From a phage, in sequence record PZ386947.1: a stretch of 64,000 nucleotides of DNA. One strand, written 5' to 3'. The notes under the pieces were generated by a model. The model was not told where the DNA came from. It saw only the letters and a program-made list of their open reading frames with translations, and searched no databases. The number at the start of each line of letters is the position of its first letter. Within the stretch, counting starts at the first letter, position 1. A program made the position numbers and the translations under genes. This document shows, piece after piece, positions 9,696 through 19,867 of the stretch.

Positions 9696-10711
9696 TGTGT
9701 TGCCTCTACATATAGCTGATTCGCATATTGAATAAGTGCTTCACGGTCAGAATCAGTGATGTCTGGAATTGCATTAATGTATTCTTCCATCAACGTCTGA
9801 AGAGATTGAACTTCAACTTCTTCACTTTCATCTGACTCGACAGAGTTATCAATTTTTGACACAACTCGTAATGAATGCACAACTTTTTCTAGTTCAGATT
9901 CGAACTTCGTCAGATTTTTGTCTACCTCAGTTACTATAACACGTACTGATAGATTTGTAAAATCTTTATAGTCAATTTTTCCTTTAAATGGATAATGAAT
10001 TCTACGATGCCAGGTAGTATTGTTTGGAATAAATTCCATTCGTTCTGTTTCTGTATCAAACATCCAGAACCCACGAGGGTCATTCTCGTCACCTGCAGTT
10101 AGTGTCCATGGTGTCCCAATATATCTGACGTTAGCAGCCTCAGAGATAGTATGGAAGTGACCAGACCACACCTCTTTATAAGTCTTAAGGAAATCAGGTT
10201 CAAGACCGTGAGATTTCATTCCTTTATAAAAATAAAATCCATTCAGCTCCCAGTGACCAACACAAAAAGAAGCAGATGAAGTTTTGATGTGTTCAAGAAT
10301 TTCACCAGTATTTTCTTCACACATCCAAGGAATTAAATCAATCAAACATCCGTCAAAATCTACTGTAGTAGGCTTATCATACACTTTAACATTAGGATAT
10401 TTAGCCAAAAGCTCAGTAGAGGCATTTGGAGTTAAAGTATTTTTAAAGTGCATATCATGGTTTCCTACAACAGTATGTAGGGTAATACCAGCATCATCAA
10501 GCATTTGAACTATTTCACGAGCGAACTCCATAGTTTTATGTGTGATTGCTTTTCGCACATCAAAAATATCACCATATTGAATCCATACAGTAATTCCATT
10601 TTTCTTAGAATATTCTATCGCTTGCTTAATTCCATCAATTTGAATACCGCGAATCCACTCATCATCGGCTTTAACGCCTAAATGCCAATCACCTAAATTT
10701 AAAATTTTCAT
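9692..10711 (-). CDS. 47: recombination endonuclease subunit gp47 (Mre11/SbcD-like phosphoesterase)
   Basis: 339 aa; phosphoesterase motifs LGDWHLG, GDIFD, GNHD, GHWE/GHFH. Confidence 0.95.
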   Translation of the reverse strand: MKILNLGDWHLGVKADDEWIRGIQIDGIKQAIEYSKKNGITVWIQYGDIFDVRKAITHKTMEFAREIVQMLDDAGITLHTVVGNHDMHFKNTLTPNASTELLAKYPNVKVYDKPTTVDFDGCLIDLIPWMCEENTGEILEHIKTSSASFCVGHWELNGFYFYKGMKSHGLEPDFLKTYKEVWSGHFHTISEAANVRYIGTPWTLTAGDENDPRGFWMFDTETERMEFIPNNTTWHRRIHYPFKGKIDYKDFTNLSVRVIVTEVDKNLTKFESELEKVVHSLRVVSKIDNSVESDESEEVEVQSLQTLMEEYINAIPDITDSDREALIQYANQLYVEATQ

Positions 10712-10871
10712 ATATCAAGAACCGTCATTGAAATGCAAAATAAAATTATTGAAATAAACCCATCTGGTGTGCTAAAGAACCCAATCCAACATGCTCTAGT
10801 GAATAGATAAAATGCAAGAAAAAGTATCACATATCCAAGAAATATCATTATATCAAACTCCGTATAAAGCT

Positions 10872-10889
10872 AAAGGGCCGAAGCCCTTT
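10872..10889 (-). terminator. intercistronic stem-loop AAAGGGC-CGAA-GCCCTTT
   Basis: Perfect palindromic hairpin just downstream of the a-gt stop. Confidence 0.45.
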
Positions 10890-12090
10890 ATTTTGTAATA
10901 ATGTCAAACTGTTCTTTAAAGCAGAAGCTTGAATCTTGATGCTGATACAAAAATTCATATGCTTTTTCTCGCTCACGGTCATAAAGAGCTCGGTCAGATG
11001 ACAGTTCTTTAATACGTTCAAATGTTGATTCCATATCATTTTCATCAAACCAAATGATACCGCTATCATGCGAGGTCAAAGGAGTATTATCAACACGGAA
11101 TTTTAAATTTTCGCCAGTAGATTTCCAAAATACCGGAATTGTTCCACATGCACCAAGCTCGAGATGAGTATATTCTAAAGAACGTTGTAGATATTTTTTA
11201 TCCAACTTACTCAACTGATAACCAAATCCGGATTTACTCATACGTTCAAGCATTTCGCTATTTACATAACGGTCAAGAATTTGCGTTGGCAAATTAGGAG
11301 CAATTTTAATTTGGTCTACTTGATGAAGACGATAATACTCGTATGGAATTCCTTTTTCTTTAATAGGAATGAACGCTGGAGAACGTTCCAGACCTTCCAT
11401 AATAGTACTTAGTCCTGCAGGTTTAAGATGTTTTTCGTGAAAATCAAACATCTGATAAAAACCTTTCCATGTAGTCGTACGACCAATCCAACGGTTGATA
11501 TTCATGTTAATTTCAGAAACATCTTTCCAGTAGGTTGACCGAACCTTCGCAATATCCATAGGAGGCTGAAAGTTATATACTGTCGGTGCTTCTTCAATAT
11601 CATCAAACAGAGAAACTGTTTCTGGATACCATTCTTTCATCAGAACTTTATTAAAATCGCCATTATCAGAATGACTAAAAATAACATCAGCTCGACGAAC
11701 AGTTTCTTCTAATCCCAAATTTCGGCGCAAAGAAAGAGAAGAATGGTCATGTTGATAAACTACAACACGAACAGAAGGTTTAATGTTATCAATAATTTTT
11801 TTATAGTTATTAATAGTGTCTTCTTCAACCGAAGTAGCAGGAACTGAATTGATAATTAGAATATCACAATCATTTACCAGCTTAAGTGTTTTATCATATT
11901 CTTTTGCCAATAAAACCGGAATTGAAAATGATTTATAATCATGCGCGCAATTACGAGTAAATGATTTATCTTTAGCATAAACCAAAGTTACTTCATGACC
12001 ATTTTTAATAAACCAATCACGTTGCTCAAGAGAAAATTTAGTTACACCACAACCTTCAAGACCTCGAGCCATAAAAATACATACTTTCAT
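10888..12090 (-). CDS. a-gt: DNA alpha-glucosyltransferase
   Basis: 400 aa; MKVCIFMARGLEGCGVTKFSLEQRDWFIKNGHEVTLVYAKDKSF... matches T4 AGT in sequence and length. Confidence 0.93.
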   Translation of the reverse strand: MKVCIFMARGLEGCGVTKFSLEQRDWFIKNGHEVTLVYAKDKSFTRNCAHDYKSFSIPVLLAKEYDKTLKLVNDCDILIINSVPATSVEEDTINNYKKIIDNIKPSVRVVVYQHDHSSLSLRRNLGLEETVRRADVIFSHSDNGDFNKVLMKEWYPETVSLFDDIEEAPTVYNFQPPMDIAKVRSTYWKDVSEINMNINRWIGRTTTWKGFYQMFDFHEKHLKPAGLSTIMEGLERSPAFIPIKEKGIPYEYYRLHQVDQIKIAPNLPTQILDRYVNSEMLERMSKSGFGYQLSKLDKKYLQRSLEYTHLELGACGTIPVFWKSTGENLKFRVDNTPLTSHDSGIIWFDENDMESTFERIKELSSDRALYDREREKAYEFLYQHQDSSFCFKEQFDIITK

Positions 12091-12140
12091 TTAATATCCT
12101 CTTTGTTTTGGTTTATTTTACCAAAAATTTATAAAGCAAT

Positions 12141-12160
12141 ATAGGAGCCGAAGCTCCTAT
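12141..12160 (-). terminator. intercistronic stem-loop TAGGAGC-CGAA-GCTCCTA
   Basis: Hairpin of the same family just upstream of a-gt. Confidence 0.4.
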
Positions 12161-12333
12161 CCACATAATACGCCATACAGAGACTCGTTAGAACTTTTAA
12201 ATTTTATGCGCTTATATGTTATAGTTCCTTCTGCTTTAGCTTTATCATGAGACTCTTTAAAGCGTCTCATCATTTCCTCTTTAGAGGAACGAATTTTATT
12301 ATAATCTATTTCAGAAGTCTGGATGTTCATCTT

Positions 12334-12540
12334 TCACAGTTGCCACCATTTTTTGACTTGATAAGAATCAACCCACACTTTCATATTAGGGTCTGCTCTT
12401 ACAATAGGAGGATTAACTTCTTTAATTGAACTATCATGGTATTCTTTTTCAGAAATTTTCACACAAAGATGACCATTCAAAGATTCAGTAAATCCTGCAT
12501 TAATTTTAAGACGCTTGAATTTTACGTGTGTAAGCATCAA
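12334..12540 (-). CDS. hypothetical protein
   Basis: 68 aa ORF co-oriented in the early array; weak support. Confidence 0.4.
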   Translation of the reverse strand: MMLTHVKFKRLKINAGFTESLNGHLCVKISEKEYHDSSIKEVNPPIVRADPNMKVWVDSYQVKKWWQL

Positions 12541-12823
12541 TCATATCCTCAATTTGCGATCTAGTAGTCTTCCAAAGAATACTGATGAGTTCATCGTTAT
12601 ATGGCTGTTTTAGAATATCCCGACTTTTCTTGATAGCATATTCGTATTGAGCAAAATTATTGTTTTCAGCTGCGATCTGAGCGTGCTTATAAAGACGATT
12701 CAGTTCGCGTTTGTTTTTAGACAATAACTTATTTGCTTTTCTTTCTGCTTCAAGACGGTTCTTTTCTTCAATAGAAGAAATAAGCTTTTCCACTTCATCA
12801 TTAATTTCGGGTTTATCAGTCAT
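12506..12823 (-). CDS. hypothetical protein
   Basis: 105 aa ORF, coiled-coil/charged, co-oriented. Confidence 0.5.
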   Translation of the reverse strand: MTDKPEINDEVEKLISSIEEKNRLEAERKANKLLSKNKRELNRLYKHAQIAAENNNFAQYEYAIKKSRDILKQPYNDELISILWKTTRSQIEDMIDAYTRKIQAS

Positions 12824-12824
12824 A

Positions 12825-13043
12825 TTATTTCTCTAATATAAAATAAAAATCATCATCTGTTAAATGATACCTGTAATTTAATTCTACACCATTAGATTTA
12901 AAAGCGGTATCATACGGATTTTCTGGATCAATATCAATGTCAAGAGCTAAAACTTCCCTGAGATACATTTTAAGTAAATAGGGAATAGCTTCAACTTCAG
13001 GTATTTCTTCCAAGAATCCGGAGAGGTTAATCGTTAGCCTCAT
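12825..13043 (-). CDS. hypothetical protein
   Basis: 72 aa ORF immediately downstream of gp55 on the minus strand. Confidence 0.5.
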
Positions 13044-13584
13044 ATAAAAAATCCAAACTAGGAGAATCGTCTACAACACTTTTCTTTTCAGCCCCCGGTG
13101 TTCTATAGGTTGATTCTTCGTAATGCGTCATTTTATCGTAAATGTCTTGAATAAAAGTTTCATCTACTAACGCAACCATATCGTCGTCACGGCTGTCATA
13201 GACATTGTGAACGAAGTAACTATATTTCTTTGCAACTTCCTTACGTTCTTTTTTAATACGTTGGACGAATGCATTAAAACAAGCTTGAGTTATATACGCA
13301 TGTGGGTTTTTATATTTCGTTTCATCAAAATTATGAAGCCCCTTAATAGAAGCTTCTATACCATCTGCAATCATTTCTTGTTTCCAAGACTGGGTGTATC
13401 CTGAAAAGTTGAAACGTTTAGATAAGCCTTCTGCAATAAGCATAATGGCTAATCCGATAGTATCATTCTGACGAACTACTTTATTTGGGTCTTTATTATT
13501 TGCTAATTCTGTTTTCCAATCAATAATAGCTTGTAAAAGCTCTTTATTGTTTACGTAATTATATTTAGGCTTAGTTTCTGACAT
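13027..13584 (-). CDS. 55: late-transcription sigma factor gp55
   Basis: ORF track 13027..13590; start at [31 protein letters not shown]... (185 aa), matches T4 gp55. Confidence 0.93.
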
Positions 13585-13662
13585 TTTCACCTCTTAGCTC
13601 AATTCATAGATCTATTATATCATAATATTTGAAGATCTATCTTAAAGCATAGAGGATATCAG

Positions 13663-13932
13663 TTATCTAAGTAAACAGTATGCTTGGAACACTTTATCCA
13701 TCATCTTTTTAAATTCATGAATATCTATATAATGACTAGTTAGATCAGCATGATATAAAAAGTCTAAAAACTTTTCATGTGTACTAACATATTCACTTTC
13801 ATTTAATTCAGAAACATGACTTTCCCAATATCCAACACCAGTCTTATTTGGGAAAAATGAAATTTTCATGTATTGGTCAACATAGAAAATGCCATAATTT
13901 TCAATAGTAATAGAAATATTAATAAATTTCAT
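13663..13932 (-). CDS. hypothetical protein
   Basis: 89 aa ORF co-oriented. Confidence 0.5.
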   Translation of the reverse strand: MKFINISITIENYGIFYVDQYMKISFFPNKTGVGYWESHVSELNESEYVSTHEKFLDFLYHADLTSHYIDIHEFKKMMDKVFQAYCLLR

Positions 13933-14150
13933 ACATTCATCAACTTAGCCGCTTCAAGAGCTGCATCTAGTGAATCAAATTGATCAACATATTCAATCAA
14001 TTCGCCGTAATTGGCATATAACCACCATTGGCTAAATTCATACTCAAGGATGAATCCGTTTCCTTCAATTTGAGTTAAACCAATGCCATTTGTATTTACT
14101 TCATATCCGGCAAGACGCAAATCGTTAATAAGAGCTTCGTTCATATTCAT
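13929..14150 (-). CDS. hypothetical protein
   Basis: 73 aa ORF; start/stop overlap with neighbours. Confidence 0.5.
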   Translation of the reverse strand: MNMNEALINDLRLAGYEVNTNGIGLTQIEGNGFILEYEFSQWWLYANYGELIEYVDQFDSLDAALEAAKLMNV

Positions 14151-14473
14151 ACCTTAGCAATTTTCAGGTCTGCAAATTTTTTCTTGCGTTGATTTTTCAT
14201 GCGACGAATAGTTTTATCGGAAATTTCATGCTTTTGATAAGCTTTAGATTCTACGCCAAAAGCTTTAACATCAAATTCCGACAAGATATATTGAACCAGC
14301 AATTCACGGACAGTATTACGTCCAATCTTCTGATCATTCTGTTTCATCGTCTGATGAAGCTCTTTTTCCCATTTATCCAAAATTTGAGGAGTTACAATAT
14401 CGCCTTTTTCTAACAAAGAAACTACTTTATCATATGCGTAAGAATTGATGGCGTTTTTAATTTGAATAGTCAT
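14147..14473 (-). CDS. hypothetical protein
   Basis: 108 aa ORF co-oriented. Confidence 0.55.
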   Translation of the reverse strand: MTIQIKNAINSYAYDKVVSLLEKGDIVTPQILDKWEKELHQTMKQNDQKIGRNTVRELLVQYILSEFDVKAFGVESKAYQKHEISDKTIRRMKNQRKKKFADLKIAKV

Positions 14474-14512
14474 ACATTATCCTCAATTACGTTAAAATTT
14501 TATTATCCAAAA

Positions 14513-14526
14513 AGGGCCGAAGCCCT
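14513..14526 (-). terminator. intercistronic stem-loop AGGGC-CGAA-GCCCT
   Basis: Hairpin between small ORFs; same recurring family. Confidence 0.4.
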
Positions 14527-14726
14527 TAGCTAAACTTTTTGGCACCCTTCCAGCCTTCATACATCATTGCGGCTGATATTAATATTGCTCCTGAGCAACT
14601 TGAATATTTGTGATTCCAAAACCAGTTTAGAAAAACTTCATCATCAATACCTTGGGCTATCATATTTTCAAAGAACTGACGACGAGATTCGGCAATTCGT
14701 TGTGATAATTTAGATTCAGGATTCAT
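14526..14726 (-). CDS. hypothetical protein
   Basis: 66 aa ORF. Confidence 0.45.
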   Translation of the reverse strand: MNPESKLSQRIAESRRQFFENMIAQGIDDEVFLNWFWNHKYSSCSGAILISAAMMYEGWKGAKKFS

Positions 14727-14858
14727 TTAAATTTTCCAGTTACCGTTTTCATCAATAAATTTAATCCAGTCATTTACTGACCACTTAGTTGTATCGCCTT
14801 TTGGAGTAGCATTTAAAGTATATAGTCCTTGCTTAAAAAGCATTCGTTTGATATTCAT
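14727..14858 (-). CDS. hypothetical small protein
   Basis: ORF track 14727..14942; trimmed to MNIKRMLFKQ start, which has a GAGGAAA RBS and removes overlap with the next ORF. Confidence 0.4.
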   Translation of the reverse strand: MNIKRMLFKQGLYTLNATPKGDTTKWSVNDWIKFIDENGNWKI

Positions 14859-14865
14859 ATTTTCC

Positions 14866-15159
14866 TCAGCTATAACGATAACACTCGTTTGATTTACGTT
14901 TAGCAACTCGTTGAGAAGTATTATAATCAAAATCATCGTCAATGTAAACAGATTTTTTCAACTTTCTTACTTCGCCGCGTAATTGACGATTTAGCTCATC
15001 TTTAACTTCTGAATCAATACCTTTCATTCTACGCCATTTATCTGAGCGAAAAATGTTTTCAACCATATCTTTATGACTTACACCATCAGGAGCTTTACGC
15101 TTTCCGAAATAGTCATAATCACGCACTTTTAAGTCTTTACGACGATACGTTTTACCCAT
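14866..15159 (-). CDS. hypothetical basic protein
   Basis: ORF track 14866..15204; likely start MGKTYRRKDLK; lysine/arginine-rich. Confidence 0.5.
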   Translation of the reverse strand: MGKTYRRKDLKVRDYDYFGKRKAPDGVSHKDMVENIFRSDKWRRMKGIDSEVKDELNRQLRGEVRKLKKSVYIDDDFDYNTSQRVAKRKSNECYRYS

Positions 15160-15334
15160 GGAGTTTAATTTCCTTAGCAACTGAACTAAATACAGCACGA
15201 TCACAAATCATACGTTTATGTAACTTGAGTATAATATAGCAAACTTCAAAACTATTTACATGAGTAACACGAACAGCATTACCATTAATGAGATAATACT
15301 GTCCCTTTTTAATTTCTTTATCAACCACAACCAT
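15152..15334 (-). CDS. hypothetical protein
   Basis: 60 aa ORF directly downstream of an early promoter. Confidence 0.45.
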   Translation of the reverse strand: MVVVDKEIKKGQYYLINGNAVRVTHVNSFEVCYIILKLHKRMICDRAVFSSVAKEIKLHG

Positions 15335-15364
15335 ATCAATTCCTCAAAGGTAATTCATATGTTA

Positions 15365-15393
15365 ATAATACCACGGTTTGAACTTGTTGTAAA
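15365..15393 (-). promoter_or_regulatory. T4-type early promoter
   Basis: Minus strand GTTTACA, 17 nt, TATTAT with TTTTCACAAAGTTG upstream. Confidence 0.65.
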
Positions 15394-15475
15394 CAACTTT
15401 GTGAAAATTATTTTAGGGAATGATAAGAAAGGAACGATAGCTTAGAATGGTAATATACAGAATGTGAGAAAGAAA

Positions 15476-15489
15476 GGCCCAGAGGGCCC
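15476..15489 (-). terminator. stem-loop GGCCC-AGA-GGGCC
   Basis: GC hairpin immediately downstream of nrdH stop. Confidence 0.4.
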
Positions 15490-15492
15490 GTC

Positions 15493-15801
15493 TTAATCTT
15501 CTATGATATCTCTATCATATCCAAGTGAAATGAGAGTTTCTTTGAAGTGTTTAATGTTCTTTTGTCTAGAATCATTAATGAAAATGACTGGATAACGAAT
15601 GTTAAGAGATGTGAATCCAGCGCGTTTAGCAAGAGATACAATCAGTGGACGATCATACTCAATCTTACCGTTATTTGTAAGAACTTTATAGAAAGTAAAA
15701 GGAGCATTGAGCTCCTTTAGAAGTTTTGTAACTGATTGACATCCAGGACAACGACCTACTTCATCTGGAATTCCATAGACTTCAATCTTATTTTGTTTCA
15801 C
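15493..15801 (-). CDS. nrdH: glutaredoxin/NrdH-like redoxin
   Basis: 102 aa with CPGC redox motif; adjacent to nrdG/nrdD as in T4. Confidence 0.8.
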   Translation of the reverse strand: MKQNKIEVYGIPDEVGRCPGCQSVTKLLKELNAPFTFYKVLTNNGKIEYDRPLIVSLAKRAGFTSLNIRYPVIFINDSRQKNIKHFKETLISLGYDRDIIED

Positions 15802-15803
15802 AA

Positions 15804-16016
15804 CTATTCCTTACTAAGAGCAGCATTCAGCTTGTTAGTAATTTTATCCAGACGCTCATTGAACTCACTAGAAGATAAGCCTTTTTCTGGAGAAATTAAG
15901 CTAATCACGAAAAATACAACAATAAAAGGAATAAGGAAAATAGCTCCAACTGCCATAAACAGAAAGAATGTTACAGTTGTAAGAAAATCAGCTAAACCTT
16001 TACGAAATTTATACAT
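15804..16016 (-). CDS. small membrane protein
   Basis: 70 aa with one long hydrophobic segment (FLFMAVGAIFLIPFIVVFFVISLI). Confidence 0.5.
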   Translation of the reverse strand: MYKFRKGLADFLTTVTFFLFMAVGAIFLIPFIVVFFVISLISPEKGLSSSEFNERLDKITNKLNAALSKE

Positions 16017-16131
16017 ATTTTACCCTTAATTGATTAACCAAGCATTGATAAGCACTAAACTATACTGCGAATAAAATTCTGGACCAAAATGAAAAATCAT
16101 ATCATTTATAGTATCCATAATGTAATTCAAT

Positions 16132-16602
16132 TTAATCATGTTTCCACACCCCATCGGTATTTGACCAAAGCCGCTGATTATCTGATCCTCTCCACAGCTT
16201 TTTGGTCGGAAGATTTTTCTCATACTTCCCATCAATAATAACATCAACATATTTAAGCATTTCTAGTTGTTTAATATCTTCAAACTTATATCCTGTCCAC
16301 AACCAAATGCTTTTATTTGGATAAAGATTTTTTACTGTTTGAACAATGCAATGAATAACATCTCGATTATCAGGATAGAGAGGGTCTCCTCCAGTTATAG
16401 TTAATCCTTCTATATAATCATTATTCAAACATTCAATTAATTGTTCTAGTGTTTCACCAGTAAATGGAATACCATTTCTAGCATTCCATGTTGATTTATT
16501 ATAACACCCTTCGCATTTATGCAAACAACCTGTAACGAAAAGAACGGCCCTGCATCCAGGGCCGTTCACAAAATCGCAAGGATAAAATCTATCATAATTC
16601 AT
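16132..16602 (-). CDS. nrdG: anaerobic ribonucleotide reductase activating protein (radical SAM)
   Basis: 156 aa; Cys cluster GCLHKCEGCYN; overlaps nrdD start. Confidence 0.93.
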   Translation of the reverse strand: MNYDRFYPCDFVNGPGCRAVLFVTGCLHKCEGCYNKSTWNARNGIPFTGETLEQLIECLNNDYIEGLTITGGDPLYPDNRDVIHCIVQTVKNLYPNKSIWLWTGYKFEDIKQLEMLKYVDVIIDGKYEKNLPTKKLWRGSDNQRLWSNTDGVWKHD

Positions 16603-18416
16603 TGGTGTTTAACCCTATGCATGATTTCTTTATTTTTACCGAGATTAAATCCGCGTTCGTTCGGATTTCCCAAATAACCACATGTTCTTCTTATTGTGTT
16701 CATCTTTTTAGGATCAGTTTCTCCACAAATAGAACAAACAAATCCGTTTTCAGTAGGAGTCATTTCATGGGTACTTCCACATGTAAAACATTTATCTACT
16801 GGCATATTAACACCAAAATAATCTAAATGTTGTGCAGCATAATCCCATACGGCCTCAAGACCCTTTAAGTTATTTTTCATATCAGGAAGTTCAACATAAG
16901 AAATGTGACCACCTGTCGCAATGAAATGATATGGCGCTTCACGAGAAATCTTTTCAAACGGAGTAATATTTTCTTCTACTGAAACGTGGAAACTGTTAGT
17001 GTACCAGCCTTTATCGGTAACATCTTTTACACTTCCATATTTTTCTGTATCAAGTTTACAGAAGCGATAACAAAGGTTTTCAGCAGGAGTCGAATATAAA
17101 CTAAAAGCAAATCCAGTTCTTTCAGTCCACTGTTTAAGATGAGCATTCATTTTAGTTAAAATTTCTTGTCCAATATCACGACCGACAAGAATATTCAATT
17201 CGTGAATACCAATGTATCCTAGGGACACTGAACTTCTACCGTTTTTAAATAACTCAATTATGTCGTCATCAGGTTTAAGACGAACCCCGAATGCACCTTC
17301 TTGGTAAAGAATAGGAGCAACAGTAGCTTTAACTCCTTTTAAGGAACTAATTCTACACATCAATGCTTCAAAACATAAATCCATTCGTTCATTGAACAAT
17401 TCAACAAATTTCTGTTCATTGAATTGTGTTCCAATATAAGAATCTAACGCGATGCGAGGAAGATTCAATGTTACAACACCAAGATTATTACGTCCATCAA
17501 GAATTTCATTGCCAGTCGAATCTTTCCATACGCTCAAGAAACTACGGCATCCCATCGGAGAAACAGGAACAGATGAACCAGTGATAGCTTTATTGTTCTT
17601 AGCCGAAATGATGTCAGGATACATTCTTTTGCTTGCGCACTCTAAAGCAAGCTGCTTAATATCATAGTTCGGGTCGTCTTTATAAAGATTAACACCTTCT
17701 TCAACGAACATAACAAGCTTAGGGAAAATAGGAGTTATCCCATCACGACCAAGACCTTTAATACGATTTTTCAGAATTGCTTTCTGAATCATTCGTTCAG
17801 TCCAGTCAGTTCCCGTACCAAATGTAATTGTTACAAAAGGCGTTTGTCCGTTTGAACTAAAGAGAGTATTTACTTCATATTCATAAGCTTGGAATGCATC
17901 GTATACGTCTTTTTCTGTTTTAGATTGAGCATAATTTAACGCATCAGCGATTTGCCATTTTTCTGCATCCTCAATATGTTTTGCATAGGTGCGTTTAACA
18001 TAAGGAGAAAGTACTTTATCTACATTAGCAAAAGTCGTTCCGCCGTATTGATGGGAAGCAACCTGTGCAGTAATTTGTGCCATAATTGCAGTAGCAACAC
18101 CGATTGATTTAGGAGTTTCAATCTGTGCATTACCAAGCTTAAATCCATTCTCAAGCATTCCTTTTAAATCTACTAAACAACAATTAGTAAATGGAAGAGC
18201 AGGGGAATAATCAATATCGTGGAAATGAATAATTCCGCTTTCATGCGCTTTCATAATAAAAGACGGGACCATATTTTTGGCAATGTGTTTAGACACAATA
18301 CCAGCCATAAGGTCCCGTTGAGTTGGAAAAACACGAGAATCTTTATTAGCATTCTCGTTTAAAAGGTCTTTATTAGTTTTATGAATCAATCCTTCAATTT
18401 CTTTTTCAATTGTCAT
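16599..18416 (-). CDS. nrdD: anaerobic ribonucleoside-triphosphate reductase, uninterrupted
   Basis: 605 aa continuous ORF; C-terminal zinc ribbon and glycyl radical motif RRTCGYLG. Confidence 0.95.
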   Translation of the reverse strand: MTIEKEIEGLIHKTNKDLLNENANKDSRVFPTQRDLMAGIVSKHIAKNMVPSFIMKAHESGIIHFHDIDYSPALPFTNCCLVDLKGMLENGFKLGNAQIETPKSIGVATAIMAQITAQVASHQYGGTTFANVDKVLSPYVKRTYAKHIEDAEKWQIADALNYAQSKTEKDVYDAFQAYEYEVNTLFSSNGQTPFVTITFGTGTDWTERMIQKAILKNRIKGLGRDGITPIFPKLVMFVEEGVNLYKDDPNYDIKQLALECASKRMYPDIISAKNNKAITGSSVPVSPMGCRSFLSVWKDSTGNEILDGRNNLGVVTLNLPRIALDSYIGTQFNEQKFVELFNERMDLCFEALMCRISSLKGVKATVAPILYQEGAFGVRLKPDDDIIELFKNGRSSVSLGYIGIHELNILVGRDIGQEILTKMNAHLKQWTERTGFAFSLYSTPAENLCYRFCKLDTEKYGSVKDVTDKGWYTNSFHVSVEENITPFEKISREAPYHFIATGGHISYVELPDMKNNLKGLEAVWDYAAQHLDYFGVNMPVDKCFTCGSTHEMTPTENGFVCSICGETDPKKMNTIRRTCGYLGNPNERGFNLGKNKEIMHRVKHQ

Positions 18417-18886
18417 TTTAAACTCTTTCTAAGCTGCTTCTTAAATGAAGCTATTAATTGTGTTTTGGTGTCAGATTCATTATATTCAAATCCTCTTTGA
18501 AGCATCTCGGCCATCATTTCCTCTTTTCCTAAACGAGAAAATTCCTTTGTTTTATCTCCAACAAAGTTAGGGTGAATATTATTTTGGGTGTAATCGGATT
18601 TTAAATAAGTAAGTAAATTTTCTAACCATTCAAGATAATCAACACCTTGTCCCTTTAAGCCAGAACGATTAAATTTGTGCTTCATTTGACCTTCTGCGGC
18701 ATTACAGAGATTACAAAGCAATCCACGTACCTTTCCTGCTTTTGGTCCATTTAATTCATGGTCATGATCAAGATGATTAGCTTGAACATCAGGATTTAGT
18801 TCTCGTTGGCAAATTAAGCATTTACCGTTTTGTGCATCATAAAATTTCTGTTTTTCTTCTTTATATAATTTGCCAGTCAATAACAT
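18413..18886 (-). CDS. 49: endonuclease VII (Holliday junction resolvase)
   Basis: 157 aa; MLLTGKLYKEEKQKFYDAQNGKCLICQRELNPDVQANHLDHDHELNGPKAGKVRGLLCNLCN... matches T4 gp49. Confidence 0.95.
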   Translation of the reverse strand: MLLTGKLYKEEKQKFYDAQNGKCLICQRELNPDVQANHLDHDHELNGPKAGKVRGLLCNLCNAAEGQMKHKFNRSGLKGQGVDYLEWLENLLTYLKSDYTQNNIHPNFVGDKTKEFSRLGKEEMMAEMLQRGFEYNESDTKTQLIASFKKQLRKSLK

Positions 18887-18927
18887 AATAAACCCTTACC
18901 TTAAATAGATAAGGGTATTTATTATTT

Positions 18928-19413
18928 TCAAGTATTGTAAAACATTTGATGCAATCGCTTATATTGCCGAATCTTTTGGTCAGAAAAAGAAATTTGGGTT
19001 TCAAGCCATTCAATATATTCTGCCGCAGCTTGCATCAAATTTCCTTCATAGCCATCGTTATTTTCTTGTGCAGCTAATTTAGCTAATGCGTATGAAATAC
19101 GTTCACCCTGAAAATCGGCTTTAGGCTTCTGAACAACTTGATTAGTTCGCTCTACAACTTCTTCAATTTCGCCATTTTCGACTGATTCAGTATTCCACAA
19201 ACACCAATACGTAATTGGCTTATCGTAGATGTTAATAATCTTTCCATCAGAAAGTTCAATTTCAATAATTCCAGTATCAGGTTCTATATCATCTTCACAT
19301 TCTTTTGCAAGTTCACGAACCTTAAAGACAGTACCTGCACTAAGTTCCGGCCAGTAATTACACAGCCCTGTATCAGCACGATTAATTCTAAACCACTTAT
19401 CTACTGTAATCAT
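18928..19413 (-). CDS. pin: putative Lon protease inhibitor Pin
   Basis: 161 aa from MITVDKWF; size and position between gene 49 and nrdC as for T4 pin. Sequence identity not verifiable from memory. Confidence 0.6.
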   Translation of the reverse strand: MITVDKWFRINRADTGLCNYWPELSAGTVFKVRELAKECEDDIEPDTGIIEIELSDGKIINIYDKPITYWCLWNTESVENGEIEEVVERTNQVVQKPKADFQGERISYALAKLAAQENNDGYEGNLMQAAAEYIEWLETQISFSDQKIRQYKRLHQMFYNT

Positions 19414-19536
19414 GTCCCATCTCCATATCAATTAAGTCATTTATCGTTGGTTCATTATATACTGTTTCTTCATCAGTGTAAACCGGTTCTTCCGGCTCTG
19501 GCTCTACAGTTTCCCATCTAGCCGCCCACCAAGGTT

Positions 19537-19857
19537 TTATAGCGTAATCCATTCTCGTACTGTCTGAGTTACTACACGTTCATGGGGCTCGACTAGTTCA
19601 ACAGTCGGAACTGCATAATACCAGTCAGAATGATAAGAACCTGACCGAGATTCATTTACCGCTACATGTACATTATGTTTTGGACTAAAGTAAACAAACT
19701 GACGATATTGGCATTTACCATCTTGCACCCAGTCTTCTATTTCGATAGGTTTAAGATAGTCGGAAAAATCGAAATCATAGTTTTCCGAAAATGCATCATG
19801 GTCTTCAATGATTTCGCTCAGAACTGCATCAACATCTAATTTATTTTCAATAGTCAT
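19537..19857 (-). CDS. hypothetical acidic protein
   Basis: 106 aa ORF. Confidence 0.5.
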   Translation of the reverse strand: MTIENKLDVDAVLSEIIEDHDAFSENYDFDFSDYLKPIEIEDWVQDGKCQYRQFVYFSPKHNVHVAVNESRSGSYHSDWYYAVPTVELVEPHERVVTQTVREWITL

Positions 19858-19867
19858 TTTTCACCAA

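Noticed and set aside
10848-11069. 73-aa minus-strand ORF
   Set aside because: Alternative frame overlapping the 3' end of the alpha-glucosyltransferase gene.
16599-18416. Group I intron in nrdD
   Set aside because: Looked for an interruption because T4 nrdD has one; the ORF is continuous with both the N-terminus and the C-terminal glycyl radical motif in one frame.
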